This document shows, in pieces, positions 11,356 through 22,542 of a stretch of 64,000 nucleotides of DNA (its first letter is position 1; each line of letters begins with the position of its first letter). Origin of the DNA: an uncultured delta proteobacterium. Lineage in GTDB: Bacteria > Desulfobacterota > Syntrophobacteria > Syntrophobacterales > Syntrophobacteraceae. The stretch is taken from the NCBI GenBank assembly GCA_963808625.1, contig CAWEHK010000033.1:96001-160000 (forward strand), given 5' to 3'. The notes beneath the pieces were generated by a model. The model was given only the letters and a program-made list of their open reading frames with translations. It was not told the origin of the DNA and did no database searches. The translations under genes and the position numbers were made by a program.

Positions 11356-14300
11356 TTAATCATCTGACGGTGCAAATCCCCTGCGCAGGGTGTTCTCCAC
11401 GATGTTGCGGGGCACCATGAATTGCAGCAGATAGTCAGGGCCGCCGGCCTTGGAACCGATCCCGGACATCTTGAAACCGCCGAACGGATGGCGCTGCACC
11501 AGCGCCCCGGTGCAGCCTCGATTGAGATAGAGGTTGCCGACGCGAAATTCCCTTCGCGCCCTGGCGATATTTTCAGGACTTCGCGAAAACACCGCTCCCG
11601 TCAGGGCATATTGTGTGCTGTTTGCCACCTGCAGAGCTTCCTCAAAGTCCTTCACCTTCATAATGGCGAGAACCGGTCCGAAGATCTCCTCTTGCGCCAG
11701 GCGATGTTCCGGGCGGATATCGGTAAAGATGGTGAGGGGAACGAAGAGGGAGTGATGAGTGATGAGTGATGAGTGATGAGTGGCGGTTGCGGGGTGCTGA
11801 TTCTTGAGTGTTGAGTGCTGGGTGCTGAGTGCTGGGTGCTGGGTGTCAGGAAGGTAGTCGCGCTGGAGGAGGAGGGTGCCTTCCTCTTTGCCGATGGCGA
11901 TGTAATCGAGGATTTTTTGTCTGGCAGCGGGTTCGATCACCGCTCCGATGATGTTTTTAGGATCTTCGACCGGTCCGAGAGGGATGCTTTCCGCCGCAGA
12001 TACTAAACGTTCCACCAGGCGGTCGTAATTTTCTTCGAGGACGATCAAACGGGAGCAGGCGGAGCATTTCTGACCCTGGTAGCCAAACGCTGAGTGCAAA
12101 ATGTGCAGAACCGCCTCATCGAGGTCCGCGTCGGCATCCACAATGATGGCGTTCTTGCCCCCCATTTCCGCGATCACGTGTTTGACCCCTCGTGCGCTCC
12201 GGCCGGTTTTGGCTGCCAGCTCAACGATGTGGAGGCCGGTTTCTTTGCTTCCGGTGAAGGCAATGAGAGCCACCTCGGGATGGCTCACCAGGTAATCGCC
12301 AATTTCACTGCCGGGCCCGGGCAGGAAATTCAAGACGCCGGGCGGCAGCTTCGCCTCCCGGAACAACTCGGAAACCATGGAACCGATCACGGGAGACTGG
12401 GAGGCGGGTTTGTAGACGACCGTGTTGCCGGTAACGATGGCGGCGGAAGTCATTCCCATCGAGATCGCGAGAGGAAAATTCCAGGGAGCGATGACCACGC
12501 AGACGCCTCTTGGTTCGTAGATGAGATGGCTCAGTTCACCCGGAGCGTGCCCCATGCGCCGCGGCGGCCCGAGCCGCAGCATCTCGCGGCCGTAGTATTC
12601 GAGAAAATCAATCGCTTCACAGACATCGGCATCCGCTTCGCCCCAGGCCTTTCCTACTTCAAAAACCTGCAGCGCCGCAAGATCGTAGCGCATCTTGCGC
12701 GCTCGCCATGCGGCCTGAAAAAGAAACTCGGCACGCTCCCGGTAGGGGGTGTCCCGCCACCCTGGAAAAGCCTCGCTTGCGGCCCGAACCGCCGCTTCCG
12801 CCTCCGCTCTGCCCGCCGCCGCCACGACTCCCACCACTTCATCCGGCGCGTTCGGGTTTACCGAGGAGATGGACCTGCCGGTTTCAAGCGTCTTGCCGCC
12901 AATGACCAGAGGGACCTTTCGCGGAAAGGTCTTGCGCAGGCGCTTCAGGGTCTCGCCGAAGCGCTCACGGGGTCCCCCAAGCGTCCAATCCCACAGGGGC
13001 TCGTTTTGGAAAGGGCCCTTGTCTTCGTATTCGGGCGCCTCCTGCCGGGGTCCCTGGGGCGGGGGTTGCTCCTGCAGCATTTCTTTTGGATTGCGGAGCA
13101 ACGCTTCGACCGGGATGCCTTGGACAAAGCTCTGGCGGAGAAAGGACTCGTTGGAGGTATTTTCAAGCAGGCGGCGAACGAGATAAGCCATACCCTGGAG
13201 CATCTCGCCAATGGGCGCATAGACGCGCAGCGGCAGGCCCGCTTTCCGCAGGGCGTTCCTTATGGGCTCCCCCATGCCGTAGATGACCTGATATTCGACC
13301 TGCTCGGCGGGGACACGCAGTTCTTTCGCGGCTTCGATCACGAAGGCGAGCGACCGCAGGTTATGCGAGGCGCATGCCAGTCGGACGCGTTCATGGTGCT
13401 GCAGAATAATGCGGGCCAGTCTTTCAAAATGGGCATCGGTTTCAGGCTTACTGGTAAAGACCGGGATCGGCCAATTGTTCTGACGCGCCCAGATGACCTC
13501 CGAATCCCAGTAGGCCCCTTTCACGAGGCGGATGGTAAAGGGGATTTTGCGGGTTCGCGCCCACTGGAGCAGGTCCTCGAGGTCCGCTTCACTATCCTGA
13601 CGATAGCACTGAAGAGCAATGCCGGTGTGGGGGTAATCGTGGAACTCGGGTTCATCCATAAGGCTGCGGTAGAGCGCCAGGGTGAGGTTTTTGAGCCCAT
13701 GGTGTTCCATGTCCAGATTAACAAAGGCCCCCATCGCGACCGCCTTCCTGAAGAGAGGACGCAGCCGTTCTTTCGCCATCGCTACGGAATGTTCGAAGGC
13801 GGTTGCCCGCAACTGGGAATACATGGCGGAAGCCTTGATGGAAACGTTGACCTTGGGCGAATGTCCCCAGTCCAGGTCGGTAGAGCCTTCACCAAGGGCG
13901 GGCCAGCCATGCTGGACCCCGTCCAGCACGTCGAAGAGTTCGAGATAGCGGTCATAATAGTCGTTGGCTTCATTCTCCGAAACCACCGCTTCGCCGAGCA
14001 AATCGGCGGTAAATCCGACACCCAGCGAACGCAGACGCTCCAGGGCGGGAAGGGCTTGCTCCGGAGTGCTTCCCAGGACGAATTGCCGGGCCATGCTGGT
14101 GATGTTATCGGTGAAGCTTTTCGCCACCATCTTTGCCGTGAACGAGGTCGACGAGCCCAATTTGATTCCCCACTGCAATGCCGAAGGGAGTTTCAATTCC
14201 GGCCGCCCGAAGTATTCCTGAAGGTGTCTGGCGATGGACTCAGGCTGGGTGAGGTAGGGAAAGACATCGATGAAGCGAAACATTTGCACCCGAAACGCAT

Positions 14301-14436
14301 CGTCGCGCATGCACCAGTCGAGCACCTTGCCGATCCAGTACTGCTTTTGAAAGAGGGTAGGGGACTCCCCTTCGAGCAACTGGTAGAGCCCTCTTCCCGT
14401 CTCCTGAACGCGTTCTTCAAGGTCGGCCGCCATCAT
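11356..14436 (-). CDS. putA: Bifunctional proline dehydrogenase / P5C dehydrogenase
   Basis: IRLVKGAYWD, YLVRRLLENTSN, IAPWNFP, EMGGKNA, GQKCSACS, EEIFGP. Confidence 0.95.
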   Translation of the reverse strand: MMAADLEERVQETGRGLYQLLEGESPTLFQKQYWIGKVLDWCMRDDAFRVQMFRFIDVFPYLTQPESIARHLQEYFGRPELKLPSALQWGIKLGSSTSFTAKMVAKSFTDNITSMARQFVLGSTPEQALPALERLRSLGVGFTADLLGEAVVSENEANDYYDRYLELFDVLDGVQHGWPALGEGSTDLDWGHSPKVNVSIKASAMYSQLRATAFEHSVAMAKERLRPLFRKAVAMGAFVNLDMEHHGLKNLTLALYRSLMDEPEFHDYPHTGIALQCYRQDSEADLEDLLQWARTRKIPFTIRLVKGAYWDSEVIWARQNNWPIPVFTSKPETDAHFERLARIILQHHERVRLACASHNLRSLAFVIEAAKELRVPAEQVEYQVIYGMGEPIRNALRKAGLPLRVYAPIGEMLQGMAYLVRRLLENTSNESFLRQSFVQGIPVEALLRNPKEMLQEQPPPQGPRQEAPEYEDKGPFQNEPLWDWTLGGPRERFGETLKRLRKTFPRKVPLVIGGKTLETGRSISSVNPNAPDEVVGVVAAAGRAEAEAAVRAASEAFPGWRDTPYRERAEFLFQAAWRARKMRYDLAALQVFEVGKAWGEADADVCEAIDFLEYYGREMLRLGPPRRMGHAPGELSHLIYEPRGVCVVIAPWNFPLAISMGMTSAAIVTGNTVVYKPASQSPVIGSMVSELFREAKLPPGVLNFLPGPGSEIGDYLVSHPEVALIAFTGSKETGLHIVELAAKTGRSARGVKHVIAEMGGKNAIIVDADADLDEAVLHILHSAFGYQGQKCSACSRLIVLEENYDRLVERLVSAAESIPLGPVEDPKNIIGAVIEPAARQKILDYIAIGKEEGTLLLQRDYLPDTQHPALSTQHSTLKNQHPATATHHSSLITHHSLFVPLTIFTDIRPEHRLAQEEIFGPVLAIMKVKDFEEALQVANSTQYALTGAVFSRSPENIARARREFRVGNLYLNRGCTGALVQRHPFGGFKMSGIGSKAGGPDYLLQFMVPRNIVENTLRRGFAPSDD

Positions 14437-14641
14437 CTTCCTCCATCAGGCCAGGCAGTCATAAAAGAAACAACATCACAACTTTTTGGCCAATACAAAC
14501 TCATTATATCATCTACACCGAAGTTGACACAAAGGGGGTTCCCTGTTATTTTTCGCATACTTCTGTAAAGGAGTGTGGAAAGAGGCCTGGCGGATTTCAT
14601 TTGGTTGCCATCTGTTCTTATCTACAAAAGGGGAGGGTTCC

Positions 14642-15760
14642 ATGAAAAAGCTGCTTTTTCTTGCTCTGGTTTTGTCCTTTATCATGGGTCAAGCTTATGC
14701 CGCGGATACCGTTAAGATCGGCCTCATGGGTCCGATGACGGGTTCGTGGGCCAGCGAGGGACAGGAAATGAAACAGGTCCTGGATCTGCTGGCGGAAGAA
14801 TTGAATGCCAAAGGCGGAGTGATGGGAAAAAAGGTGGAGGTGATCAGCGAGGACGACGGCGGTGATCCGCGCACCGCTTCGCTGGCCGCCACGCGACTGT
14901 CCACCCAGGGCATTGTCGGCGTTATCGGAACTTACGGCTCAGCCGTGACCGAAGCCACCCAGAACATCTACAATGAAGCCAAGATCCCTCAGATTGCCAA
15001 TGGTTCTACCGCGATTCGCCTGACCGAAAAAGGCTTGCCCATGTTCTTCAGGACCTGTCCCCGTGATGATGAGCAGGCCAAAGTAGCGGCTCAGACGGTC
15101 CAGAAGCTGGGCGTGAAGAAGCTCGCGATCCTGCATGACAACAGCACCTACGCCAAAGGCCTCGCCGACGAAACCAAGGCGCTGCTTCAGGGAAAGGGTG
15201 TAGACATCGTTTTCTTCGATGCCCTGACGCCCAAGGAACAGGATTACACCACTATTCTCACCAAGATGAAGGCGGCCCAGCCTGATTTCGTCTTCTTCAC
15301 CGGCTACTATGGAGAAGGCGGATTGCTCCTCAAGCAGAAAAAAGACATGAATTGGAATGTCCCCTTTATGGGTGGCGATGCGACCAACAATCCGGATCTG
15401 GTTAAGATCGCCGGGAAAGATGCCGCGGCCGGCTTCTACTTCCTCAGCGCGCCCCTGCCCAAGGACCTTCCTTTTGAAGAAGCAAAGGCTTTCCTTGCCG
15501 CGTTCGCCAAAAAATACGGAAATCCTCCCAGTTCGGTTTATGCGGTGCTGGCTGGAGACGGGTTCCGAGTCCTCGCCTATGCCATCGACCAGACCAAATC
15601 TACTGACACCTCCAAGCTCTCCGATTACCTGCACAAAGATCTCAAGGATTTTCCGGGCCTGACGGGGAAGATTTCCTTTAACGACAAGGGCGACCGCGTC
15701 GGAGAAGTCTACAAAGTTTACCAGGTCAATCCGGACGGACAGTTCATTCTGCAGCCTTAA
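14642..15760 (+). CDS. livK: Branched-chain amino acid ABC substrate-binding protein
   Basis: Signal peptide, VKIGLMGPMTG, GLTGKISFNDKGDR; operon context. Confidence 0.9.
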   Translation: MKKLLFLALVLSFIMGQAYAADTVKIGLMGPMTGSWASEGQEMKQVLDLLAEELNAKGGVMGKKVEVISEDDGGDPRTASLAATRLSTQGIVGVIGTYGSAVTEATQNIYNEAKIPQIANGSTAIRLTEKGLPMFFRTCPRDDEQAKVAAQTVQKLGVKKLAILHDNSTYAKGLADETKALLQGKGVDIVFFDALTPKEQDYTTILTKMKAAQPDFVFFTGYYGEGGLLLKQKKDMNWNVPFMGGDATNNPDLVKIAGKDAAAGFYFLSAPLPKDLPFEEAKAFLAAFAKKYGNPPSSVYAVLAGDGFRVLAYAIDQTKSTDTSKLSDYLHKDLKDFPGLTGKISFNDKGDRVGEVYKVYQVNPDGQFILQP

Positions 15761-15778
15761 GTTGCCCGCTTCGCTTCG

Positions 15779-15822
15779 AAACCAGCGCATGGGAAATCAT
15801 CTGATCATGCGCTGGTTTTTTT
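15779..15822 (+). terminator. Stem-loop/terminator after livK
   Basis: AAACCAGCGCATG...CATGCGCTGGTTT followed by a T run. Confidence 0.7.
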
Positions 15823-15966
15823 GGTACGTTTCCTCTAGGATTTCAACGGTGGAGACTTTTCGTTGCGAGAGCGCCACACGCACGGTACGCGGAAGGTTGT
15901 TTAAAGGCCTTTCTCTGCGTTCTCTGCGACTCTGCGGTGGGCTTTTTGACGTAAGAAGCATAGGCC

Positions 15967-16872
15967 ATGGAACAATTTTTTCAGCAATTGACCAACGGCT
16001 TGGCGGTCGGCGGGATCTATGCGCTGATCGCCCTGGGCTACACCATGGTCTATGGCGTTCTCAAGCTGATCAACTTTGCCCACGCGGATCTCTTCACTCT
16101 CGGAGCGTATCTCGGCTTGACGCTCCTGACCTCGATGGCTCTGACCAACCACCTGGGACCGCTCTGGGGAACACTGCTGCTGGCGCTCATGGTGATGGGA
16201 CTGATCGCTCTCGTGGGCGCGCTCCTGGACCGTGTCGCCTATCGCCCGCTGCGGGCGTCACCGCGCCTCTCCGCCGTGGTTTCGGCGCTGGGCGCCTCGA
16301 TCTTTCTGCAAAACACGGTCATGCTGGTCTACGGGGCCCGCTTCCAGGTCTATCCCCAAAACATTCTGCCCAAGGCCGCTCTCGACGTGGCGGGACTGTC
16401 CATCCCCGTGGTGCGGCTCATGGTCCTTGCCACCTCGTTGATCATGATGGCGGCGCTCTACCTTTTTATCCAAAAAACCAAGATCGGCACGGCGATTCGG
16501 GCTGCCGCCATCGATCAGGGAGCCGCGAGGCTCATGGGGATCGATGTCAACCGCGTCATTCTGATGGTGTTTCTGGTCGGCCCTGCACTCGGTGGTCTGG
16601 CCGGCCTGATGGTCGGGCTCTATTATGGCCAGATCAATTTCACCATGGGCTGGGGATACGGCCTCAAGGCCTTTACCGCAGCCATCCTCGGGGGCATCGG
16701 CAACATTCCGGGAGCCATGGTCGGGGGCCTGCTCCTTGGCATCGTTGAAGCCATGGGAGCGGCTTATCTCTCCATGGCGTGGAAAGACGCCATCGCGTTT
16801 TGCGTGCTGATTCTTATTCTTATTGTTCGTCCGACGGGACTCCTGGGCGAGCGGGTTGCCGAAAAAGTATGA
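15967..16872 (+). CDS. livH: BCAA ABC permease
   Basis: QQLTNGLAVGGIYALIALGYTMVYG, KAFTAAILGGIG, RPTGLLG. Confidence 0.92.
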   Translation: MEQFFQQLTNGLAVGGIYALIALGYTMVYGVLKLINFAHADLFTLGAYLGLTLLTSMALTNHLGPLWGTLLLALMVMGLIALVGALLDRVAYRPLRASPRLSAVVSALGASIFLQNTVMLVYGARFQVYPQNILPKAALDVAGLSIPVVRLMVLATSLIMMAALYLFIQKTKIGTAIRAAAIDQGAARLMGIDVNRVILMVFLVGPALGGLAGLMVGLYYGQINFTMGWGYGLKAFTAAILGGIGNIPGAMVGGLLLGIVEAMGAAYLSMAWKDAIAFCVLILILIVRPTGLLGERVAEKV

Positions 16873-17829
16873 GCAGACAAAGAACCGTTCTGACCCTGGC
16901 GCTCACCGGCCTATTCTTTTCTTTTGCCGTCATTGCTGAATACCTACTGGGTCGACGTCCTCAATAGCATCGGCATTTATGCCATCCTCGGCGCTCAGTC
17001 TCAATTTGATCGTGGGACATGCGGGGCTTTTTAACCTCGGTCATGCCGCCTTCTATGCCGTGGGAGCTTATACCGCGGCAATTCTTAACACTCATTTCCA
17101 TATGCCTGTTCTGTGGCTCATTCCGCTTTGCGGGCTCACGTCCGGTCTTTTTGCCCTGCTCATCGCCCGTCCCATCATCCATCTGCGGGGAGATTATCTT
17201 TGCATCGTCACCATCGGGGTCGGCGAAATTGTGCGAATCGCTCTCATCAATAATGTCTTCGGCATTACCGGAGGCGCGAACGGGATTTTCGGCATCGCGC
17301 GCCCGAGCCTGTTCGGATTTGTCCTTCGCACCCCTCACCATTTCTTTTACCTCATTTGGATTTTTGTATGTGTAACCATATACTTATTCCATCTTTTGGA
17401 ATATTCCCGCTATGGCCGGGCTTTGAATTATCTCCGTGAAGACGAGGTTGCAGCGGAAGGAAGCGGCATCAATACCGCCTACTACAAGCTCGCGGCTTTT
17501 GTCGTCGGGGCCGCCTGGGCGGGGATGGTCGGCAACATCTATGCTGCGAAAATGACGATTATTTCTCCGGAATCCTTCAGTTTCTGGGAATCGGTTCTGA
17601 TGTTCGCCATCGTCATCCTGGGCGGCGCGGGAAGCATCCCCGGGGTATTGCTCGGGTCTTTCCTCATCGTCGGGTTGCCCGAAGCATTCAGAGAGTTCGC
17701 CAACGCCCGCATGCTGGTTTTCGGAGCAGCCATGGTGGTCATGATGATTTTCCGCACCCAGGGACTGCTGCCGCCGCAACCGCGCATCTACAACCTCCGG
17801 GGCCGGTGGAAGGCGAGGGCAGGGGATGA
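16869..17829 (+). CDS. livM: BCAA ABC permease (frameshifted)
   Basis: GLFNLGHAAFYAVGAY, LRGDYLCIVTIGVGEI, VILGGAGS. Confidence 0.85.
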
Positions 17830-18593
17830 GCGTTCTCAGCATCAACCGCTGACCAAGAATTTTGGAGGTCTAACGGCGGTAAGCAACGTCTCCTTCGAGG
17901 TGGATTTCGGGGGGATCGTTGGCCTCATCGGGCCCAACGGAGCCGGTAAAACAACGGTGTTTAACCTGATTACCGGGATTTATCGCCCCGATCAGGGGGA
18001 GATCACCTTTAACCAGGTTTCCGTGGTGGGTCGTCCCACCCATCGCATTATCGCGATGGGGATTGGAAGGACATTCCAGACCATCAGGCTCTTTCAAAAT
18101 CTGTCCGTGATGGAAAATGTTTTGGCCGGATGCCACTGCCAGATGAAAGTCGGGAGTCCTGTCATCGATGATTCATACTCCCGGCCAAAGGCGGAAGAAA
18201 AGAGGGCACTCGGTGAAGCTCTGCGTGTTCTCGAATTTGTCGGGCTGCGCCATGAGGTGCAGCAGCTTGCCAAGAATCTTTCTTACGGCAATCAACGTCT
18301 TCTCGAAATTGCCCGTGCTCTCGCCACTAGACCCAAGCTGCTCATCCTGGATGAACCGGCAGGGGGGATGAATGAACAGGAAACGACCCAATTGGTTACG
18401 CTGATTCAGGAAGATTCGGGACCAGGGAGTTACCATCCTGTTGATCGAGCATGACATGAGCTTTGTCATGCGCGTGTGCGAGAAAATTGTGGTACTGGAA
18501 TATGGGTCGAAGATCGCCGAAGGACCGCCCGAACAAATCAAACAGGACCCCAAAGTCATCGAAGCTTACCTGGGTGTAGAGGAAGACTGGTAG
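17826..18593 (+). CDS. livG: BCAA ABC ATPase (frameshifted)
   Basis: [42 protein letters not shown]. Confidence 0.85.
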
Positions 18594-18594
18594 C

Positions 18595-19314
18595 ATGGCC
18601 CTCCTTGAAATTGTGGATCTGCATGTTAAATACGGGAATATCGAGGTGCTCCATGGGATCGATCTTCGCGTCGACGAAGGGGAAATCGTCACGATTCTCG
18701 GTGCCAACGGTGCAGGGAAATCGACAACCCTGCTTACCCTCAGCGGATTGGTCAGAACCCTCGGAGGGTAGCATTGCTTTCGGCGGGCGGGCTATCGATA
18801 AACTGCCGGCCCATGCAATCGTCAAGCTGGGTATTGCTCAGGTGCCGGAAGGCCGACGCATTTTCAATACCCTGACGGTTCAGGAAAACCTGAATCTCGG
18901 CGCCTTTGTCTCCAAGGACTCGGGCTGGTAAAGAAGACTCAGGACTGGATCTACGGGCTTTTACCGATATTGTCCGAACGCCGCCAGCAACTGGGGGGAA
19001 CGCTGAGCGGCGGGGAGCAGCAGATGCTCGCCATCGGGCGAGCGCTGATGAGCCAACCGAAAATTCTTCTGTTGGACGAGCCCAGCCTCGGCCTGGCCCC
19101 GCTGCTGGTGAAGACCATTTTCCAGACCCTCCGGGAAATCAACGCCACGGGCGTGACCATCGTGCTGGTGGAACAAAATGCCCGCGCGGCGCTTAAGCTG
19201 GCGCACCGCGGTTACGTGATGGAACTGGGCAAGATCGTGCTGGAAGGCCCCTCGGCGGAGCTTATGGCCGATCCCGAAGTGCAGGCGGCTTATCTCGGGA
19301 CGGGAAGTCAGTAG
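18595..19314 (+). CDS. livF: BCAA ABC ATPase (frameshifted)
   Basis: [43 protein letters not shown]. Confidence 0.88.
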
Positions 19315-19425
19315 ACAGGAGACAGAAGTTGGACAGGACAGAAGTCAGTAGCAGGAGTCAGAAGTCAGGAAGGACAGAAGCAAAAAGTCAGAAGACAGGA
19401 GTCAGTAGTCAGAAATCAGCAGTCG
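19305..19425. repeat. Heptamer tandem repeat (AGTCAGA/AGACAGG-like)
   Basis: agtcagtagacaggagacagaag...agtcagaagacaggagtcagtagtcagaa. Confidence 0.75.
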
Positions 19426-19427
19426 GA

Positions 19428-20209
19428 TCACAAGGTTCTCTTGTGGCGCTCGTTTTTTGCATCTCGCTTCCAATCTCTCTTTTTTCCGCCTTTTTGCTTA
19501 TTCCCCTTGCCAGCCCCATTCTTGACCGGGGAATGAGTAGTCTGCAACTGATGGGCATCCACAAAGAAGGAGCCGGCGGAAGCCGGAAGGTCCGGTCGCG
19601 AGGGTTTCGCCTCGACCTTTTTCCGAGTGGTCAGGGCGGCGTGTTGCTCGGCGCGAATCAAAGGGAAGATCGAGGTGCCTGACAGAGATCGATTCCACCA
19701 GATACAAGGCGGCGCCTGCCCAGTGAATTCGTTCACCCTCGGCGTGGGCCCTGGCTGCGCGAATCTCGACCAGGATCGGTTCCGGATCGCGCCTCCTGCC
19801 AAGGCGGAGAGCCAGCTCTTTATCAGCGGCGACTGGGACATAGGGGCGATGCGAGCGGGCAATGCCATGTTCCTTGAGTGAGGCATATTGTTTGCGTCTG
19901 CAGGCGAAGTGAAGCCTTTCCGGAACAATATCGGCGAGCGGATAGGGGGGCTGTATCAGATCCGGCCCGCAAGCGCAACAGATTTCCCTCCAGGGCGAAC
20001 GGAAGCTCGCAGCCCGGAAGGTAGTTCAACTCCCGGACAATGCCCTCACGAACAAACCGCAGCGAGGGGTCCTCCTGCAGCGCCCAATACAGTTCCTTCC
20101 AGGGCATCGTGCCGTCGGGGTCCCAGAAGAGACCGTATTCCGCCGGTGCCTGATAAGCAATATACGACAGGGTTTTCGCCAATGTTTTTGGATTGTACTG
20201 CGCGGCCAT
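19428..20209 (-). CDS. RNA 2'-phosphotransferase (KptA/Tpt1)-like protein (frameshifted)
   Basis: LAKTLSYIAYQAPAEYGLFWDPDG resembles the KptA N-terminus; split over several frames. Confidence 0.5.
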
Positions 20210-20373
20210 CGAAGAAGCCCTCCGGTATTATGCAAGGCCCAACTTGTAGCTGAAAGCCTGCGCATCAGCGTATCACAGAATCGGTATCGAGTTGAACAGG
20301 GGAGTCGCCTCGTCAAGGTACTTCTGAGGGTCTTTGGCAATCTTCAGTGCACTCTGGAAAAGCGCTTTTCTTA

Positions 20374-20401
20374 AGTTTACATAATATATATTATCAGACG
20401 T
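20374..20401 (-). other. dif-like chromosome dimer resolution site
   Basis: Minus strand ACGTCTGATAA-TATATA-TTATGTAAACT: 11-6-11 layout with a XerD-type arm; intergenic. Confidence 0.8.
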
Positions 20402-20477
20402 TATGGCTGCGGATGCGCCTGCGTATTTTTCCCTTGACTTTCCCTGCCTTATCCATTATCTAAATCTCCGCGACTGA

Positions 20478-20552
<75 letters not shown>

Positions 20553-20566
20553 TTGGTGAAAAGCCG

Positions 20567-20595
20567 GGGTGGTAATGCAAGCCACCCTTTTTTTG
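20567..20595 (+). terminator. Terminator after tRNA-Gly
   Basis: GGGTGG...CCACCC followed by a T run. Confidence 0.65.
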
Positions 20596-20641
20596 TCATG
20601 CAAAATTCGACTGGGCGTTTTCTTTGCGATTCCAATGGAAG

Positions 20642-21668
20642 ATGAAGAAAAATAAGATAGATTCACCGGTCAGGAACGCCAACCGGCACCGCTCAAAAAA
20701 AGAAGCCCTCAAAGAGCTCTATTCCCATTTTCATCCCAAAGATCACGTTCTCATAACCATCGATCCCGACCCGGATGCCATCGCCTCGGCCCTGGCGCTC
20801 AAGCGTCTTCTCTGGCACAAGGTCCAGTCCACCACCATTGGCATGATTCGCCCCATCAGGCGCCTCAATAATCTAACCATGGTCCGGGTGTTGCGACTCC
20901 CCCTGGTGCTCCTCAGCCGGGACAAACCCGAGCGCTATGATAAATATGTTGTGGTTGATGGGCAGCCGAGCCACAACGATTTCTTCCAGCGCTTCCACTA
21001 CAACGCGGTCATTGACCACCACCCGATCACGAATTCTTTCGGCGAAGACCCTTTTCTCGATATTCGCCCCGATTACGGTTCCACTTCCACGATCCTCACG
21101 GAATACCTGAAAACCGCCCGGATTAAACCCTCTCAAACCATCGCCACCTCACTCTTATATGGCATCAAGACCGATACCCGCAACTTCGAGCGCAACACAA
21201 TTCTTGCCGATATCGAAGCCTTCCGCTATCTGTTTCCGTTGGCAAATCATAACATATTGAGAAAAATAGAGATTTCCGATTTATCCTTCGGTGATCTCAA
21301 GTTTTTTCATAAGGCGGTGGAGCGCAAGCATATTGTCAGGGACCGCCTCTTCGCTCACCTGGACGAAGTCCCTACGGCCGATATTTTGGTGGTCATTGCC
21401 GAGTTCTTTCTGAAAGTCCATGACATCTCGTGGAGCATCATCTCCGGCATCCTGGAAGGCAACTTGATTATCATCGTGCGCAGTGACGGCAGCAGGGATA
21501 CCGGCAAGATCATCCGGCGGGCCTTCGGGCACCTGGGATGCGCCGGCGGTCATCAGGCCATGGCCCGGGCCGAAATTCCCCTTGCCAACCTGAACCAGGT
21601 CCTGGAGAAGCCCACTTCGGCAGCAATCGAGGCAGTTGATCCGGAAGCGACTTTCGCCGTTCAAGTAG
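20642..21668 (+). CDS. DHH family phosphoesterase
   Basis: DPDPDAIASA, IDHH, GIKTDT, AGGHQAMA; probable indel near the 3' end. Confidence 0.85.
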
Positions 21669-21705
21669 GAGTCTTGCATGGGGGATGCCGGTTTCCGAGG
21701 ACAAA

Positions 21706-22125
21706 TCAAACCCAGGGGTTTAGTATGGTTATACCAGCATGTCTGAAATCCGCATCGTTCCGGGTGACTAAACGGCAGTGACTATGCTGTGCAGTGGCAG
21801 CCACGAGTGAGTCGATTGCTGCCATCTTCTTCCCCTTGGCTTCCAGCGAACCCGTCAGTTGCCCCCAAGTCAGAACAACTTCAATATTGATCGCTAGAAT
21901 CCGCCCACTGAACCTTGCCAGCAGTTCTTCATTGAGCCAGGCATGGAGGGTGGTTTTACGCCTGGAAACCGGCAGTTTCTCGATACCCTTCCGAATCTCG
22001 CCAATAGTAATAACACTCAGGTATGCGCTTTCGGGATCAATGCTGTCGATCCAATCGACGACCCGAGGATTCGGCCTTTTGGCAACCAACTCTGAAATCA
22101 CGCAGGTGTCGAGGAGATATTTCAT
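21706..22125 (-). CDS. vapC: VapC PIN-domain toxin
   Basis: YLLDTCVISE, LSVITIGEI, DSLVAATA, LVTRN. Confidence 0.92.
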   Translation of the reverse strand: MKYLLDTCVISELVAKRPNPRVVDWIDSIDPESAYLSVITIGEIRKGIEKLPVSRRKTTLHAWLNEELLARFSGRILAINIEVVLTWGQLTGSLEAKGKKMAAIDSLVAATAQHSHCRLVTRNDADFRHAGITILNPWV

Positions 22126-22376
22126 AGAGCGATATCCTCTCTGAGATCACTCCTGTCACGATCCAGGTCCAATTCCACGCCAACCAGCGGCGAATCCCGG
22201 AAAAAGGCAGAAAGCTTCTTCTGGGAGGCGATCATCTTCCGGTACTCAGCATAGGAAAGCAGTATTCCCACTTCAACCCCCCTCTTGGTGATGATCTGGG
22301 GTCCATGTTCAAGTGCCTCTTGAAGAACCTGACTCAGTTTGTTCTTTGCTTCCTGCAATTGCCACGCGCGTCTCAT
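22122..22376 (-). CDS. Phd/YefM antitoxin
   Basis: WQLQEAKNKLSQV..GPQIITKRG; overlaps the toxin start. Confidence 0.9.
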   Translation of the reverse strand: MRRAWQLQEAKNKLSQVLQEALEHGPQIITKRGVEVGILLSYAEYRKMIASQKKLSAFFRDSPLVGVELDLDRDRSDLREDIAL

Positions 22377-22542
22377 ATCCGGCTCCTTCTGGCTAGTCAG
22401 TCTAGATTGTATGCCCAGCTTAGCATGAGGTCAAGCAAGGATTCCTTATCTCCTGTCCCGGGTCATCAGATGGAATGTCATCGAGATTTATCCTTGGAAC
22501 TGAAAACGAAAATGCGATAGGTTGAGAGGTGAAAGAAAAACA

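Noticed and set aside
12094..14568. 824-aa ORF antisense to putA (likewise 23284-25281, 33928-35220 and 41489-43189)
   Set aside because: Shadow ORFs opposite well-supported genes in GC-rich DNA, with no recognisable domains.
16979..18454. LivM-LivG fusion protein
   Set aside because: An ATGA overlap at 17826-17829 marks separate genes; the apparent fusion arises from indels.
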